The notes below the pieces were generated by a model. That model saw only the letters and a list, made by a program, of their open reading frames with translations. It did no database searches and was not told the DNA's origin. Below, piece after piece: positions 29,423-39,980 of a stretch of DNA of 64,000 bases; positions within the stretch are counted from its first letter, which is position 1, and the number at the start of each line of letters is the position of its first letter. The translations under genes and the position numbers were made by a program. Source of the DNA: an uncultured Candidatus Saccharibacteria bacterium (GTDB lineage: Bacteria > Patescibacteriota > Saccharimonadia > Saccharimonadales > Saccharimonadaceae). The stretch spans positions 38,216 through 102,215 of the forward strand of contig CAUSEJ010000001.1 of NCBI GenBank assembly GCA_963530635.1, given 5' to 3'.

Positions 29423-32370
29423 GATGACCCTCCAACACGTCGAGCATACTCCCAGTGCCATGCCTCTGGTTTGCTGCCGTTTGGTTCGGCCCATTCGGGA
29501 TGGACGTAGCCGTATTTATGTGCATTGGCTTTGAGCCAATTGTAGGTAGAAGAGCCAAAGTCTCCCACGCTGATATCTGCTGCAAGCCCCCAGCCATGGT
29601 TGGAGCTACATGGTGGCGCTGGCTTGGCTCGACCACCTTGGTAGAGTGGATCACTTGGTGTTGCGTATGCGATTTGCCGTTGGCAGTCTCGGTATGCTTC
29701 ATTGATACCGAAATCGGCACCAGTTTCTGCTTTGTATGCTTTGTTCATTTCTTCCATAGCGGCCGCAGCTTGCTTGTGCATCCTCTCGCCGGACGAAAAT
29801 GACAGAGCTACCAAGTCGCCTTCTGCTAATTCACCGTTTTTAAGGCCGTTCCATGTTGATATAGAATCGCCACCTTCTGCAGCAGGCTGGGCTTGGTCAA
29901 ATTCTGGCTCCCCGACTGCCGGGCCGCTGGGGGTACTGCTACTAGATTGGCTTGCACCACCTCCACCAGAGATTGGTTCATTATCCATGGTGTCGACGAC
30001 GCGTTGGTCAATTGTGAAGAGTGCCGCATTGACTTTTTCTTCAGAGTCAAACTTGCAATAACCGGTATCGACACCGTTCTCGCCATCAGTACCTTTGCCG
30101 CACTTCTCTTGCCATTCTTTGAGCGTGCCGCCAGTTGCTTGGCCTGTTTCTTCGTTGTATTGCCCAGCGAGAGATTGGGCAACTTCGTCGGGATCTTTAT
30201 CGAGATTGAGCGCACCATACGATATATTACAAAATGGCCCAGCAGCGACATCCTTGGGGATATTTGGGTCATCGCATGCCTGCCAAATTTTTTTCATGCG
30301 ATCTGTCTCGGTATTAGCGCTTACTTTATTACCAAAGAAAGCCGGTACGATATTCTTAGGGAGCGACACAAGATTATGAACAAAACTACTAAGATTAGAA
30401 AAGCTGCCCATATATGGAATAAACGAACTGTAGAGACTTCCCATAAAGGTATATGGCGACGTTGCGTCAAATGGGCTCCGCTCAACGCGTTGCTCAGCAG
30501 CATAGGCAAGGTTGAGACGAGCCGTCTCTCGTTCGTAGGCGATTGTTTGGTCGACATTGAGCATACCATTACCGCCCGCCGCTGCTGCTTCAGAGAACAT
30601 ATTTACTGCACCACTCGTGAGGGCATCTCCAGCATCCTCGCCAACAGTAGCGCTGCTCACAAGGGTGCCCGCCATAGAATTTATGAGCTTACTGAGAATC
30701 GGAGCAAACACAGCAGAAATAACAGGAGCAGCTAAGTTTGAGACCAACTCACCGACGACACTTGTCCACCCACCAGCAACACTCATGAGAAGCTGGCCAC
30801 CAGTGCTATTGATGAGTTTGCAGGATGTCTTCAGTGCACTAATATTAGATCCTAAGGCATTAGCAACGCCGCTCATCTTCCGAGCCCAGCCACCACCAGG
30901 GACGTATTCCGTCCAGTTGGAGGTACCAGTTGGAGCTATTTCTTTCATTAGTCCATATTTAAGACCCATTCCATCAGTAGCTGCTTTTTTGGTTACGTTG
31001 CCAGATTTGTTGACGAGCACGGTGGTTAGAATCGTCCCAAGCACAGCAACAGCCATATAGTCTGTTGAGCCAGCCTTAATGTTGTCTGCCATTGTAAAGA
31101 ACATCATGGCATAGCTAATGACCTGTGTCATTTGGATGAGGCGAATTGTTTTACTAATAGATTGAGCGCCATCCTGTACCATACAGAGGCCGCCAGCAAT
31201 CATGGCAATAATATTACCAGTCTTGCCCACACCATTTTTGATAATATTGGCTGCTGCTTCTTTGCTGATAGATTTTGTTGCTCCTTCGGCACCTTCACTT
31301 ACTGCTTCTTTAGCGGCTTTGCCAACATCGGTGTCTTCAGTAACCTTTTCTTTGCCTTCATCGTCATTTTCCTTGGCTTCGTATTTACCATTCATTTCTT
31401 TGCCTTTGGTATTTTTGTCGATGCTTTCGCGGACTTCTTTCTCGCTTTTGGCGCCAGCGAGTTTGTTCTTCTTAGTAAGAGAGAATTTTTTTATGACGCC
31501 ATTATTAAATACTTTATCGAAGAAAGCCACCCAACGTGGTGCATATGCGCGGTGCATAATTGCTCTGAGCTCGGGTTTCTCATAATATAATTTTTTGAAA
31601 TCTTTGGCGCTAATTGTCTCCTGAGTGCCATTAGGGTAGGTGACACGCAGATTTTCAATTTTTTCACCAATTGTGGATTTTTTTGCATCAAACCCATCGG
31701 AAGCTTTGACGACATTCCCTTCCTTGTCGAGGGCTTCAACATTATTTTTTTCAAATTGCTTTAGCAGCCGATTTGAAACACGATTATAGCGGCATCGTAC
31801 ATTCACAACCGAACAAAGGCCATCGGTTGCAGTGTTTTGGATGCGCTTGAACATTACCTTATTAGCACGCCGCTCGAAGCTGGTATTTTGTGAATTCCAG
31901 TGGTTGGTGAGGTTTTCTTTGATATGGAGTAATAACAGACTTGGCCCACCAAAAAACGATATCATTGAACCACCACCAAGCAAAATAGCGCCAAGGATTC
32001 CCATTGGCCCACCTTTCTTAGAGAATATCGCACTCCGCGCCTTGGCAAAACGAGATTTGGGCTCAGAGAGTTTGCTGTCTGGTGGAACTACCTTGTTAAA
32101 CCAGTTGTTATCGCTCCAGTTGCTTCCCGGCGCGCCCTCCTGGCCTCGGACGGAGTCGGCGTAGTCGCTGCTGCCAGCGTTGCTGCGTGACGATGAGCCA
32201 CTCCCGCTATTCTCGCGTGACTGGAGGTCTTGGGCGGTGTTGGATTGGCTATGATTACCACTGCCAGCGTGATTATTCCGACCAGCAAAGGTATCGTTGC
32301 TCCAATGCGTATTCCCCGGATTATGCCGGTCGAGGTCGGGTTTTTGCTGGGAGGGGATGGGGGTAGGCAT
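29419..32370 (-). CDS. Large membrane-associated protein with C-terminal M15 (VanY-like) Zn peptidase
   Basis: INEAYR, SNHGWGLAAD (SxHxxGxAxD), EAWHWEY; central hydrophobic helices. Confidence 0.8.
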   Translation of the reverse strand: MPTPIPSQQKPDLDRHNPGNTHWSNDTFAGRNNHAGSGNHSQSNTAQDLQSRENSGSGSSSRSNAGSSDYADSVRGQEGAPGSNWSDNNWFNKVVPPDSKLSEPKSRFAKARSAIFSKKGGPMGILGAILLGGGSMISFFGGPSLLLLHIKENLTNHWNSQNTSFERRANKVMFKRIQNTATDGLCSVVNVRCRYNRVSNRLLKQFEKNNVEALDKEGNVVKASDGFDAKKSTIGEKIENLRVTYPNGTQETISAKDFKKLYYEKPELRAIMHRAYAPRWVAFFDKVFNNGVIKKFSLTKKNKLAGAKSEKEVRESIDKNTKGKEMNGKYEAKENDDEGKEKVTEDTDVGKAAKEAVSEGAEGATKSISKEAAANIIKNGVGKTGNIIAMIAGGLCMVQDGAQSISKTIRLIQMTQVISYAMMFFTMADNIKAGSTDYMAVAVLGTILTTVLVNKSGNVTKKAATDGMGLKYGLMKEIAPTGTSNWTEYVPGGGWARKMSGVANALGSNISALKTSCKLINSTGGQLLMSVAGGWTSVVGELVSNLAAPVISAVFAPILSKLINSMAGTLVSSATVGEDAGDALTSGAVNMFSEAAAAGGNGMLNVDQTIAYERETARLNLAYAAEQRVERSPFDATSPYTFMGSLYSSFIPYMGSFSNLSSFVHNLVSLPKNIVPAFFGNKVSANTETDRMKKIWQACDDPNIPKDVAAGPFCNISYGALNLDKDPDEVAQSLAGQYNEETGQATGGTLKEWQEKCGKGTDGENGVDTGYCKFDSEEKVNAALFTIDQRVVDTMDNEPISGGGGASQSSSSTPSGPAVGEPEFDQAQPAAEGGDSISTWNGLKNGELAEGDLVALSFSSGERMHKQAAAAMEEMNKAYKAETGADFGINEAYRDCQRQIAYATPSDPLYQGGRAKPAPPCSSNHGWGLAADISVGDFGSSTYNWLKANAHKYGYVHPEWAEPNGSKPEAWHWEYARRVGGSS

Positions 32371-32376
32371 GGTGGA

Positions 32377-34212
32377 CTACGACCTCACTGGTTGCTGGTA
32401 TAAGCTGTTATTGGCCACCGGGTTGGTGGTAATGAATTGCGTCTCAGTCTCGCTGGCGAAGATACGGATATGGACGTGGTTTTGACCCGCAAAGAAGAGG
32501 CCATCGCCCACAGGGAAGTTGGACAAGCGCTTACGTTCTTCCTCGGTGAGCTTAAAGACCTCTGCCAACACATCCACTGCACTGGTCGATTGCTTGAGCA
32601 AGAGCTGGAGCGAGCTGTTTGCTACAATAGCCCGGCCCTTCTCGCTCCCCATAAAGTCCTCCACATCCTGCGTGATGGTCGTCAAACCAAGAGAGTACTT
32701 ACGAGCTCGCTTGGCTAGGCTATGGAGAAACTCCGCTGAGTCTTCATACTTCATTAGCTGCCAGGCCTCATCGACGATCAGCATCCGCCGGCGCTGTACG
32801 GTGCGAGCGATATTCCAGATGTGGCTTAGCACAATATACATCGCTACTGGCCGCAGGTCGTCCTCGAGGTCGCGGATATTAAACACCACCATGCTGTTAT
32901 TAATATCAACATTGCTCTGCTGGCTAAAGATGCCAGCAAAGGTACCTGTGGTGTATTTGCGCAGGCGTTGAGCCAGTGACGGCCCTGCTCCACCCATGTG
33001 AAGGAGAGTATCGTAGAGGTCGATGATCGTCGGTGGCTGAGAATTATGTGTTAGTGGATCGCTGGTAATACCAGCTCGGGCGTAGGTATCGATGAGCGCT
33101 TGATCAAGGTCAGCCTCCTCAGCTGGGCTGAGCAAGGCAATCTGCTGCCCACCCACCAGTGTGCCGCCCAGCATAAGCTTGAAGAGTCGCTGCAGGGTGA
33201 TGAGGTTGGCGCGCAGGGCGTCGGTTGCTTCGTCACTGTCGATTACTCGGGGGAGGTCGAAGGGGTTAATTCGCGTATCGCTACTGAGGCTGAGGCGAAT
33301 GTAACTACCGCCGACTGCATCGGCCAGCTTTTGGTACTCGTTCTCTGGGTCGATGACGAGAATGTCGGTGCCAAGCATCATACTGCGCAGCGCCTCGAGC
33401 TTAACGGTAAAGGACTTACCAGCACCAGACTTTGCAAAGACGACCATATTCGCATTCTCAAGGCTAAAGCGGTCGAAGATGACCAGCCCTTGGTTGTGCT
33501 GGTTCACGCCGTAGAGAATACCCTCGCCGTCACTAAGGTCGGCACTGGTAAAGGGAAAGCTTGTGCTCACCGCACCAGTGTTCATGTTGCGGCGGACTTG
33601 CAGCTGGTCGGTCATTTGGGGGATGGTACTGTTGAGGCCTTGCTCTTGTTGGTTACTGGCAGTTTTGCTGTAGACCATATTTTGGCCAAAGATTGTCTCG
33701 ATAACATGCTGAACGAAGCTCAATTCCTCGAGGCTATCGGCATAAAGCGTGACGTAAAGCCCAAAGCGGAAGAAGCGCTCCGCTCCAAGCTGTAGCTGGT
33801 CGCGCAGCTCCTCGGCATCAGCCAGGGCGGCCTCGCGGGCTGGGTCACGCACCTTGCCTTTTTCGGAGTTAAGTGCCATATCGGCCTCAAGCTGCGTCAC
33901 CTTCTTGCGGAGGTTGTTGAGGACGATCTCTGTCTCGACAGGGTAAATAAACATGCTAATATCAAGCACTTGGTCGATGTTAATCAGCCCTGATAGCCAG
34001 CCTGTGTAGAGTTCACGCGGGTAGCCATAAATGTAGAGTGTGCGGCCATATTTGGTGCCGATGCGGAAGTACGTGCTGTGGATCTCGAGGCTGCTGGGGG
34101 CGATTAGGTCGCGCAGCGTCGTCATCCCCTTGATAAAGGCTTCTTCTACCTCTGCTTGCTCGCGCTCGCGCTGCTGGGCAGCAATGTCGATTGGATCAGG
34201 TCGTCGTGCCAT
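32377..34212 (-). CDS. virB4: VirB4/TraC-family T4SS ATPase
   Basis: Walker A AKSGAGKS, VIDPENEY, INPFD, Walker B LIVDEAW, RARKY, ITQDVEDF. Confidence 0.9.
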   Translation of the reverse strand: MARRPDPIDIAAQQREREQAEVEEAFIKGMTTLRDLIAPSSLEIHSTYFRIGTKYGRTLYIYGYPRELYTGWLSGLINIDQVLDISMFIYPVETEIVLNNLRKKVTQLEADMALNSEKGKVRDPAREAALADAEELRDQLQLGAERFFRFGLYVTLYADSLEELSFVQHVIETIFGQNMVYSKTASNQQEQGLNSTIPQMTDQLQVRRNMNTGAVSTSFPFTSADLSDGEGILYGVNQHNQGLVIFDRFSLENANMVVFAKSGAGKSFTVKLEALRSMMLGTDILVIDPENEYQKLADAVGGSYIRLSLSSDTRINPFDLPRVIDSDEATDALRANLITLQRLFKLMLGGTLVGGQQIALLSPAEEADLDQALIDTYARAGITSDPLTHNSQPPTIIDLYDTLLHMGGAGPSLAQRLRKYTTGTFAGIFSQQSNVDINNSMVVFNIRDLEDDLRPVAMYIVLSHIWNIARTVQRRRMLIVDEAWQLMKYEDSAEFLHSLAKRARKYSLGLTTITQDVEDFMGSEKGRAIVANSSLQLLLKQSTSAVDVLAEVFKLTEEERKRLSNFPVGDGLFFAGQNHVHIRIFASETETQFITTNPVANNSLYQQPVRS

Positions 34213-35171
34213 TAATAATCTCCTTTGTGATATGCTGTCGAGGTTGGGACGGCTCCCTCACCCTTGCGGACGAAGGTGGAAGTCACGTTATTAAAGTCGC
34301 CCAGGGGCTCGCGCACCGCCGTGTCGGGGTTGTACATGTTGTAATAGAGGGTGCCGAGCTCTTTGGTCTTGAGCTGCACTGCCCGCACACCAATCTGCAT
34401 CAAGCCATTGAGAATGGTGTCAGCCCGGTTGCGAATCTCCTCGCGGGCTCGCTCGTAGGTTTCTTTGCTAATCTTCGTCACGGTGTTGGTGTTCTTAGGG
34501 GCGAAGAGCTTCGTGAAGAACCCTTTACTCTGGTCGAGAATCGTCCCCTCCCCTGCTGGGTAATACGGGATGACGACGTAGAAGCTCTTGTCCATGATGT
34601 TGGCATTTTGCGAGAGGTCGTCGATGAAGTTGATATAGTCCTCCATTAGCACACTCAGCAGCATGTTGTCTTGGGTGCGCTGGATGGCAACGAGCTTATC
34701 CAAATACGGGCCAATATCGACCCGCTGCGAGCGGATGCAGATCTGCACTGGGAAGTACAGCGCATTGAGGAAGTTCTGGTAGCTATACTCCACCCCCTCG
34801 CGCTCACGAGCGCTCATCAGGTCGAAGTTAATCGACTCACAGGCGATGACGGCGCGGAAGCTGCCATCACCCATGATGATCATATCATCGCGCAGCTCCG
34901 AGAGGAGGAGGCTATTCTGCGTGGTGGCGGGCTTGGGTGGAGCCTTTTTCTTGGTGTCTTGAGTAGGCTGATCATTCGTATTACCCTGCACAGCTGGTGG
35001 CTGAGCCGGGGCTTGCACGGCGGGGTAATTGCCCTGCGGCGGAGCAGGATACTGTGGATAATTAGCTGGTACCTGGCCCGCTGGCACAGCGCCCTGGCCT
35101 TGGTTATAACCAAACTGGCTGGGTGGCCCAGCTGGTGGCTGTTGATTGTTGGGTGAATTTGGCGACACCAC
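34212..35171 (-). CDS. VirB4-associated protein (resembles VirB4 N-terminal part) with P/Q-rich N-tail
   Basis: SINFDLMSAREREGVEYSYQNFLNALYFPVQI; TAATG coupling to virB4. Confidence 0.7.
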   Translation of the reverse strand: MVSPNSPNNQQPPAGPPSQFGYNQGQGAVPAGQVPANYPQYPAPPQGNYPAVQAPAQPPAVQGNTNDQPTQDTKKKAPPKPATTQNSLLLSELRDDMIIMGDGSFRAVIACESINFDLMSAREREGVEYSYQNFLNALYFPVQICIRSQRVDIGPYLDKLVAIQRTQDNMLLSVLMEDYINFIDDLSQNANIMDKSFYVVIPYYPAGEGTILDQSKGFFTKLFAPKNTNTVTKISKETYERAREEIRNRADTILNGLMQIGVRAVQLKTKELGTLYYNMYNPDTAVREPLGDFNNVTSTFVRKGEGAVPTSTAYHKGDY

Positions 35172-35186
35172 TCTCCTTCTTATTTC

Positions 35187-37046
35187 TTAGCGCAAAGGGA
35201 TGACAATCTCATCATCGTCATCATCCTGACTGGCCTGCTCTTGATGTTGAATCCGGTTGGCTTCATTGGCAATGGCAGCAACGGACAAATCAGAGTTGCT
35301 GGCTAGTCTAATTATATCAGGCGAGACAGTGTTTGTGCTAGTGTTTGGCGGTAGATTGTTGCGTTGCTGGGCGAGCCGCTCCTCACGCAGGCGTTCCTCG
35401 CGCGTGGGGGTTGTCTTGGCGTAATAACTGGGGTCGAGCGGCTGGATGACTGACTGATGAATGCTCGGGTATGGGTTGTAGCGTACGGCCATATCGATGA
35501 CATTTTTATCATCAGCCAGTGCTGAGCGCTCTCGGTAAGACACTGCGGCTGGGGTGGGTGCGAGAGCTTGTGTGGTTTGGGCTGGTGCGACGGGTGGCTG
35601 CTGAGTTGGTACTGGCTGCTGGGGAGGGTGTGGCGTAGGAGTGTGTGGATAATTGGGAGTTGGTGCTGCTGGGGTCGGTTGCTCTGCAGGTGTTGAAGTG
35701 AACGATGGCCGAGTGTCGGCAGGAGGCGCTTCAGCTGGTGGGTCGCTGGGCATAGTTGTCGTACGCGCGGCTGACTTTTGGGGTGGTACAAGCGGCACGG
35801 CATCGGTGGTGGGAGTGGCGTGCTGGCGCAGGTTGGCATAGATTGCCTCGAAGGATGGTATTTCTTTTGGCTTAGACTCTGGCGCAGCTTCTACTGTGGG
35901 CTTGGGCGGCGTGTAGGGTTTGCTCAGGGCATCGGGCAAGACCGAATCATGTGGAATAACGGCGGGCAGTGCCATTGGCAGAGATTGAAGCGTGTCACGC
36001 TCTCGCGGCATAGGCTGCGGCTCGGCAGCAGGCGTTTCGTCACGCAACGCATCATCCACTGGCGAGAGCTCGTATACCTCGGTAGATTGCTGAGGTGGGT
36101 ATGAGTTTGGTTGGTTTTGGTAGGCGCTAGTATCGGGTAAAGGAGCTTGCTGATGCGACGACGCAGTGCGGTTCTCAGGAAAGCTCGTGGACGAATACGA
36201 CACCGCTGGGCGCTGAGACTCTGGTGCTGGGTATGGCGGCTCAGGCATACGAGGCTGAGGTGGTGATACTGGCGCAAAGCCAGTGGCATCAATGGGTGGC
36301 TGGTACGGAGGTGTAGCCTGTGGTGGAGTATTTGGAGCTGCTTGCGGTGCTGCCTGGTATGGCTGCGGCTGAGCCTGTGGCCAAGCTGGCTGATATGGCA
36401 CGGGAGCTTGCTGGAGCGGTTGCCCGTCAGCTACGGCGGGTAGCGCCGCTGGTGGAGCCTGCATGCGCTCGATGGCGGCTCGGCGCCGAGCTTGGTTGGA
36501 TTGCTCGATGCGCCGCGTCATTGCTCGCGCTTCGCTACTGTTATCATCAAACATATCCGAGGTCTGCTGCGCCTCGAAGTATACATCACTAATCATCGAC
36601 CCCTGTGCATCGGGCACGCGGGTGTGGCGAATGGACCAGCCATGAGTATCGGCCAGCTGCGACAAGTATGCTAGGCGGCGCTCGGCCTCGTCTTGGCTGA
36701 GGTTCTTCGTCCGCTCGATCTCCACCTTCTCGGGTACTGTAATCTCGATGAGCGAATTAATGCCATCGGGCTGCCACATGCGCCGGCGTGGCTTGGTGTA
36801 GAATGATACCACCGCCGCGAGGTAAACCTCCATTGGCTGGTCCTTGCGCAGTGGCAGAGCTAGCGCACCAAATAATAGGATAATTGGCACTGGAATAACC
36901 GCCAGCGGCAAAAACACTTGCGACAATCCCCACGCCAACGCAATTCCTGCCGCCGCAACCAGCAGATAAATAAACTGGCGAAAGCTAAACGGCCCAAGAA
37001 TCTTATCCTCTGCCTCTACATCCTGTGCAACCTTATATCTCGACAT
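35187..37046 (-). CDS. PrgI-family (VirB3-like) protein with long P/Q/T-rich tail
   Basis: YKVAQDVEAEDKILGPFSFRQFIY followed by 2 TMs; upstream of virB4. Confidence 0.8.
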   Translation of the reverse strand: MSRYKVAQDVEAEDKILGPFSFRQFIYLLVAAAGIALAWGLSQVFLPLAVIPVPIILLFGALALPLRKDQPMEVYLAAVVSFYTKPRRRMWQPDGINSLIEITVPEKVEIERTKNLSQDEAERRLAYLSQLADTHGWSIRHTRVPDAQGSMISDVYFEAQQTSDMFDDNSSEARAMTRRIEQSNQARRRAAIERMQAPPAALPAVADGQPLQQAPVPYQPAWPQAQPQPYQAAPQAAPNTPPQATPPYQPPIDATGFAPVSPPQPRMPEPPYPAPESQRPAVSYSSTSFPENRTASSHQQAPLPDTSAYQNQPNSYPPQQSTEVYELSPVDDALRDETPAAEPQPMPRERDTLQSLPMALPAVIPHDSVLPDALSKPYTPPKPTVEAAPESKPKEIPSFEAIYANLRQHATPTTDAVPLVPPQKSAARTTTMPSDPPAEAPPADTRPSFTSTPAEQPTPAAPTPNYPHTPTPHPPQQPVPTQQPPVAPAQTTQALAPTPAAVSYRERSALADDKNVIDMAVRYNPYPSIHQSVIQPLDPSYYAKTTPTREERLREERLAQQRNNLPPNTSTNTVSPDIIRLASNSDLSVAAIANEANRIQHQEQASQDDDDDEIVIPLR

Positions 37047-37132
37047 AGTCTATGTATTTATTATAGCATGAGGGGGATAGATAGACAGTAAAGATGAGTG
37101 ATCGGTATTCTTTATAGAAGCAAGAGAGGATA

Positions 37133-39883
37133 TTAGATATCTTTCCATTTTCTCATTGCTTGTGCGTGATTGTTTACCATTGGATTACCAAGAATTTCTG
37201 GAGATAATTCTGGCGAATTAAGAGCAGCCTCGACAGCTTGTCCTGTTGATTTGCGTGCATCGAAAAGATCATCATAGCTAACACGTGGGTCTTTTGAGTG
37301 TCTTTTGTTGAGAGCTTCATGTAGATTCCTTGCTGCAGCTCCATCCATTTGTGCGACTTTAGACGCAGTAATTTTGCCAGCTTTTGCTGCATCAGTAACA
37401 GCTTTGTCAAAAGTGAAGCTACCAGACTCAATATCGGCAATTGCACGGCCTGTAAGCCAAGGGTTCTTGCTTGCGGCACCTGATTTTTGAAGACCCTCCG
37501 CTAATGTCTGGAGATCAAATGCATCGAGGTTTGATTTAGGCTCCATAGCCATTTCAGCAAGTTCTTTCAGCTGATCAGAATTTGCACCCTTACCTGCTCG
37601 ATCGAGAATAAAGCGTCTGTCATGTTTAGACATTTTAGCGCCATTAAGCACTTCCACGAGCTCACCTTTTTTATTTCTGCCCATTATTTTTCCACCTTGT
37701 GCAAGTGTGAAGTAGTCAGCTTGTGTAAGTACTTGTTGTTTACCGGCTGCATTTGTGTACTCTATGTTTTCGTATTTTGCTTCAGCGAGGTCCATTTCCT
37801 CTTTTGACTGCTGTTTTATAATATTGGCAGCATTCCCTTGGGCGCGTCGAGCTGTTTCTCCAATAGCCCCTGGGACTCTCCCGGCTATATTGTTGATACC
37901 GCCCATTGTTTTACTTCTTGCATTTCTGACCCAGTTTGTGGGGATCCAGTTAGAACCTCTATAGGTGCCCGCTTGTATTTGTGCCCGCCTACGCTCTTTG
38001 TTTCGTTTACGAGTGGCCATAAGTTGCCCATACATAGAATTATCTAGTCCAGACTGCAACTTCTTCTCAGTAGCTTTGCCAGCCAAGTTGCCCCACTTAT
38101 CAGCAATATTTGCTAGCCCCATCATTGAGGTCATAAGGCTTGTTAGGCGAGAGACTAAGAGGAGTGGGGTGAAGGTAAGAGCGGCAGCAATAATCTGTAG
38201 TAATACAGGTGATTCACCCTTCATACCATTAATGACCGTTGCCCCCAGATTGCATGCACCATAGAGTAAGCCAATTGCTGGATAGAGAAAGAGGAGTGTC
38301 TTGAAGAAGCCCCACCACTTCTTAAATAACCCTTCGGTACTTGGTAATAGCAGTGCTACAAAAGCAAGCGGCGATAGAATAATAGTAAAGATAACCAACG
38401 CTTGCCGTGCACCAAGAAGGAATACTGTAATAGTTGCAGTAACAACGACAAAAACAAGACCAGAAATAAGAGTACCTAACACAAAGAAAGCTGTAGCAGT
38501 ACCTAGAACGGTAGCAGCAGCACCCGTCCACCAGTTTCCTTTCGTTGCCCAGCCACCTTCTGGGCCGCTCCCGCCACCACCGAGTGAAGTAATGAAATTG
38601 AATGACGATGACCCAATAATATTAGAGATATCAACAAGAATACTACATATATAGAAAGATATATTGACGAGGACAATAGTCATAAGTAGCTTTGGTAAAA
38701 GCTTTTTAATGCCATAGTTGCTAATGCCAAGACCACTAACCTGCGAGTAGATGATGATCAAGAAAACAATAATAAAGACAATATTGGCAATGTCTCGAAT
38801 GCGCGACCAATAGTAGAAGGCAGAATCGGGGCCACGATCTGTGAGTATGATGGAATTGACTTCAAGCAACTTTGCCAAAATACCTGCAGAATCGTCTGAG
38901 ATATCGGCAAGGAGATTAACAACGGGGCAGATGAGCCAGCCAACACCATCGATAGCGCAGCGTGATTTGGATTCTTCCTTATCTTCGCCATCACCTTGCT
39001 GGGCAGATTCGCCTGTTCCAGCATCTACCTTGTTAGCATTCTTATCATCAGGGCTATTCTTGTTCTTGTTTGCATCATCAGATTTCTTTTTATTTTTTTC
39101 AGCTGCCTTGATCGCGGCTTGCGCATTTTTTGTAACAGTACTAGCTTTTAATCTACACGTATTTGTGGAAATGGAACCAGTCGTACTGTATTTAGCGATA
39201 GTCTTTTTGATAACATCGTTACCATTGGCATCTTTGCCAATTTTATCGTAAGATATAAATCCATCTTGACCTTTATCTGCTGCTCCCGCTTGAGAGTTGC
39301 TAAACTGAGATCGATCAGCTTCTCCTGATACAGGACAAGAAGTTGTAAAATCTTTGTAACTATAGCTATATAACTCACCAAGCCCAAGATAATCCGAAGC
39401 CCTGTTGTTTCCATCAATTCCTAGTTTTTTTCTAATAGCTTGATCAACACCAGCTTGTACACCACGTGTAGCGCCCCACCAGCCGTCCTTATTTACGTAA
39501 CCTGCTTGAGTTAGAAAATCCTCCGCATCCTTAAAGCCCCATAAAGGGATACCTTCTTCATAGATATCAGAACATCTTTTTTTCTCGCCATCAACCATAC
39601 CCTTAGCGTGCCCAAGACCGCTGCCACCCACTCTTGTTTTGCTAACATCTACAGCCCTAATATAGTCTATACCATCAAAGCAGCCAGTTTCTTTGAATCT
39701 TCCGGGCTCTTTATCTGTTTCATAACCTTGCTGTGCTCTATAGAGTGTCCACGCTCTTATTTTTTTATCATGATCATCAGCATAAGCCTTTTGGTCTATA
39801 AACACACTAGAACTAAGTACAAGAATAATAGCTAATGGAAAGAGTGAAAAGCGCTTTAGCTTAGATACAAGAGAGTTTGTCAT
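37133..39883 (-). CDS. VirB6/TrbL-like polytopic membrane protein with large N-terminal extracellular domain
   Basis: Signal peptide; W..IRDIAN..FI, IKKLLPKL...VLVNISFYIC, R......ILSPLAFVALLLP...FKKWW. Confidence 0.7.
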   Translation of the reverse strand: MTNSLVSKLKRFSLFPLAIILVLSSSVFIDQKAYADDHDKKIRAWTLYRAQQGYETDKEPGRFKETGCFDGIDYIRAVDVSKTRVGGSGLGHAKGMVDGEKKRCSDIYEEGIPLWGFKDAEDFLTQAGYVNKDGWWGATRGVQAGVDQAIRKKLGIDGNNRASDYLGLGELYSYSYKDFTTSCPVSGEADRSQFSNSQAGAADKGQDGFISYDKIGKDANGNDVIKKTIAKYSTTGSISTNTCRLKASTVTKNAQAAIKAAEKNKKKSDDANKNKNSPDDKNANKVDAGTGESAQQGDGEDKEESKSRCAIDGVGWLICPVVNLLADISDDSAGILAKLLEVNSIILTDRGPDSAFYYWSRIRDIANIVFIIVFLIIIYSQVSGLGISNYGIKKLLPKLLMTIVLVNISFYICSILVDISNIIGSSSFNFITSLGGGGSGPEGGWATKGNWWTGAAATVLGTATAFFVLGTLISGLVFVVVTATITVFLLGARQALVIFTIILSPLAFVALLLPSTEGLFKKWWGFFKTLLFLYPAIGLLYGACNLGATVINGMKGESPVLLQIIAAALTFTPLLLVSRLTSLMTSMMGLANIADKWGNLAGKATEKKLQSGLDNSMYGQLMATRKRNKERRRAQIQAGTYRGSNWIPTNWVRNARSKTMGGINNIAGRVPGAIGETARRAQGNAANIIKQQSKEEMDLAEAKYENIEYTNAAGKQQVLTQADYFTLAQGGKIMGRNKKGELVEVLNGAKMSKHDRRFILDRAGKGANSDQLKELAEMAMEPKSNLDAFDLQTLAEGLQKSGAASKNPWLTGRAIADIESGSFTFDKAVTDAAKAGKITASKVAQMDGAAARNLHEALNKRHSKDPRVSYDDLFDARKSTGQAVEAALNSPELSPEILGNPMVNNHAQAMRKWKDI

Positions 39884-39914
39884 ACACTACATATAATACA
39901 CAAAAATAAGTAAG

Positions 39915-39960
39915 AAAACCAGCCAAATAACTACAAGTTAATGTATGGTATTCGGCTGGT
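39915..39960 (-). terminator. Probable terminator
   Basis: ACCAGCCAAATA...TATTCGGCTGGT stem with T-run on minus strand. Confidence 0.45.
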
Positions 39961-39980
39961 CTTTGCTCCAACGAGACCTA

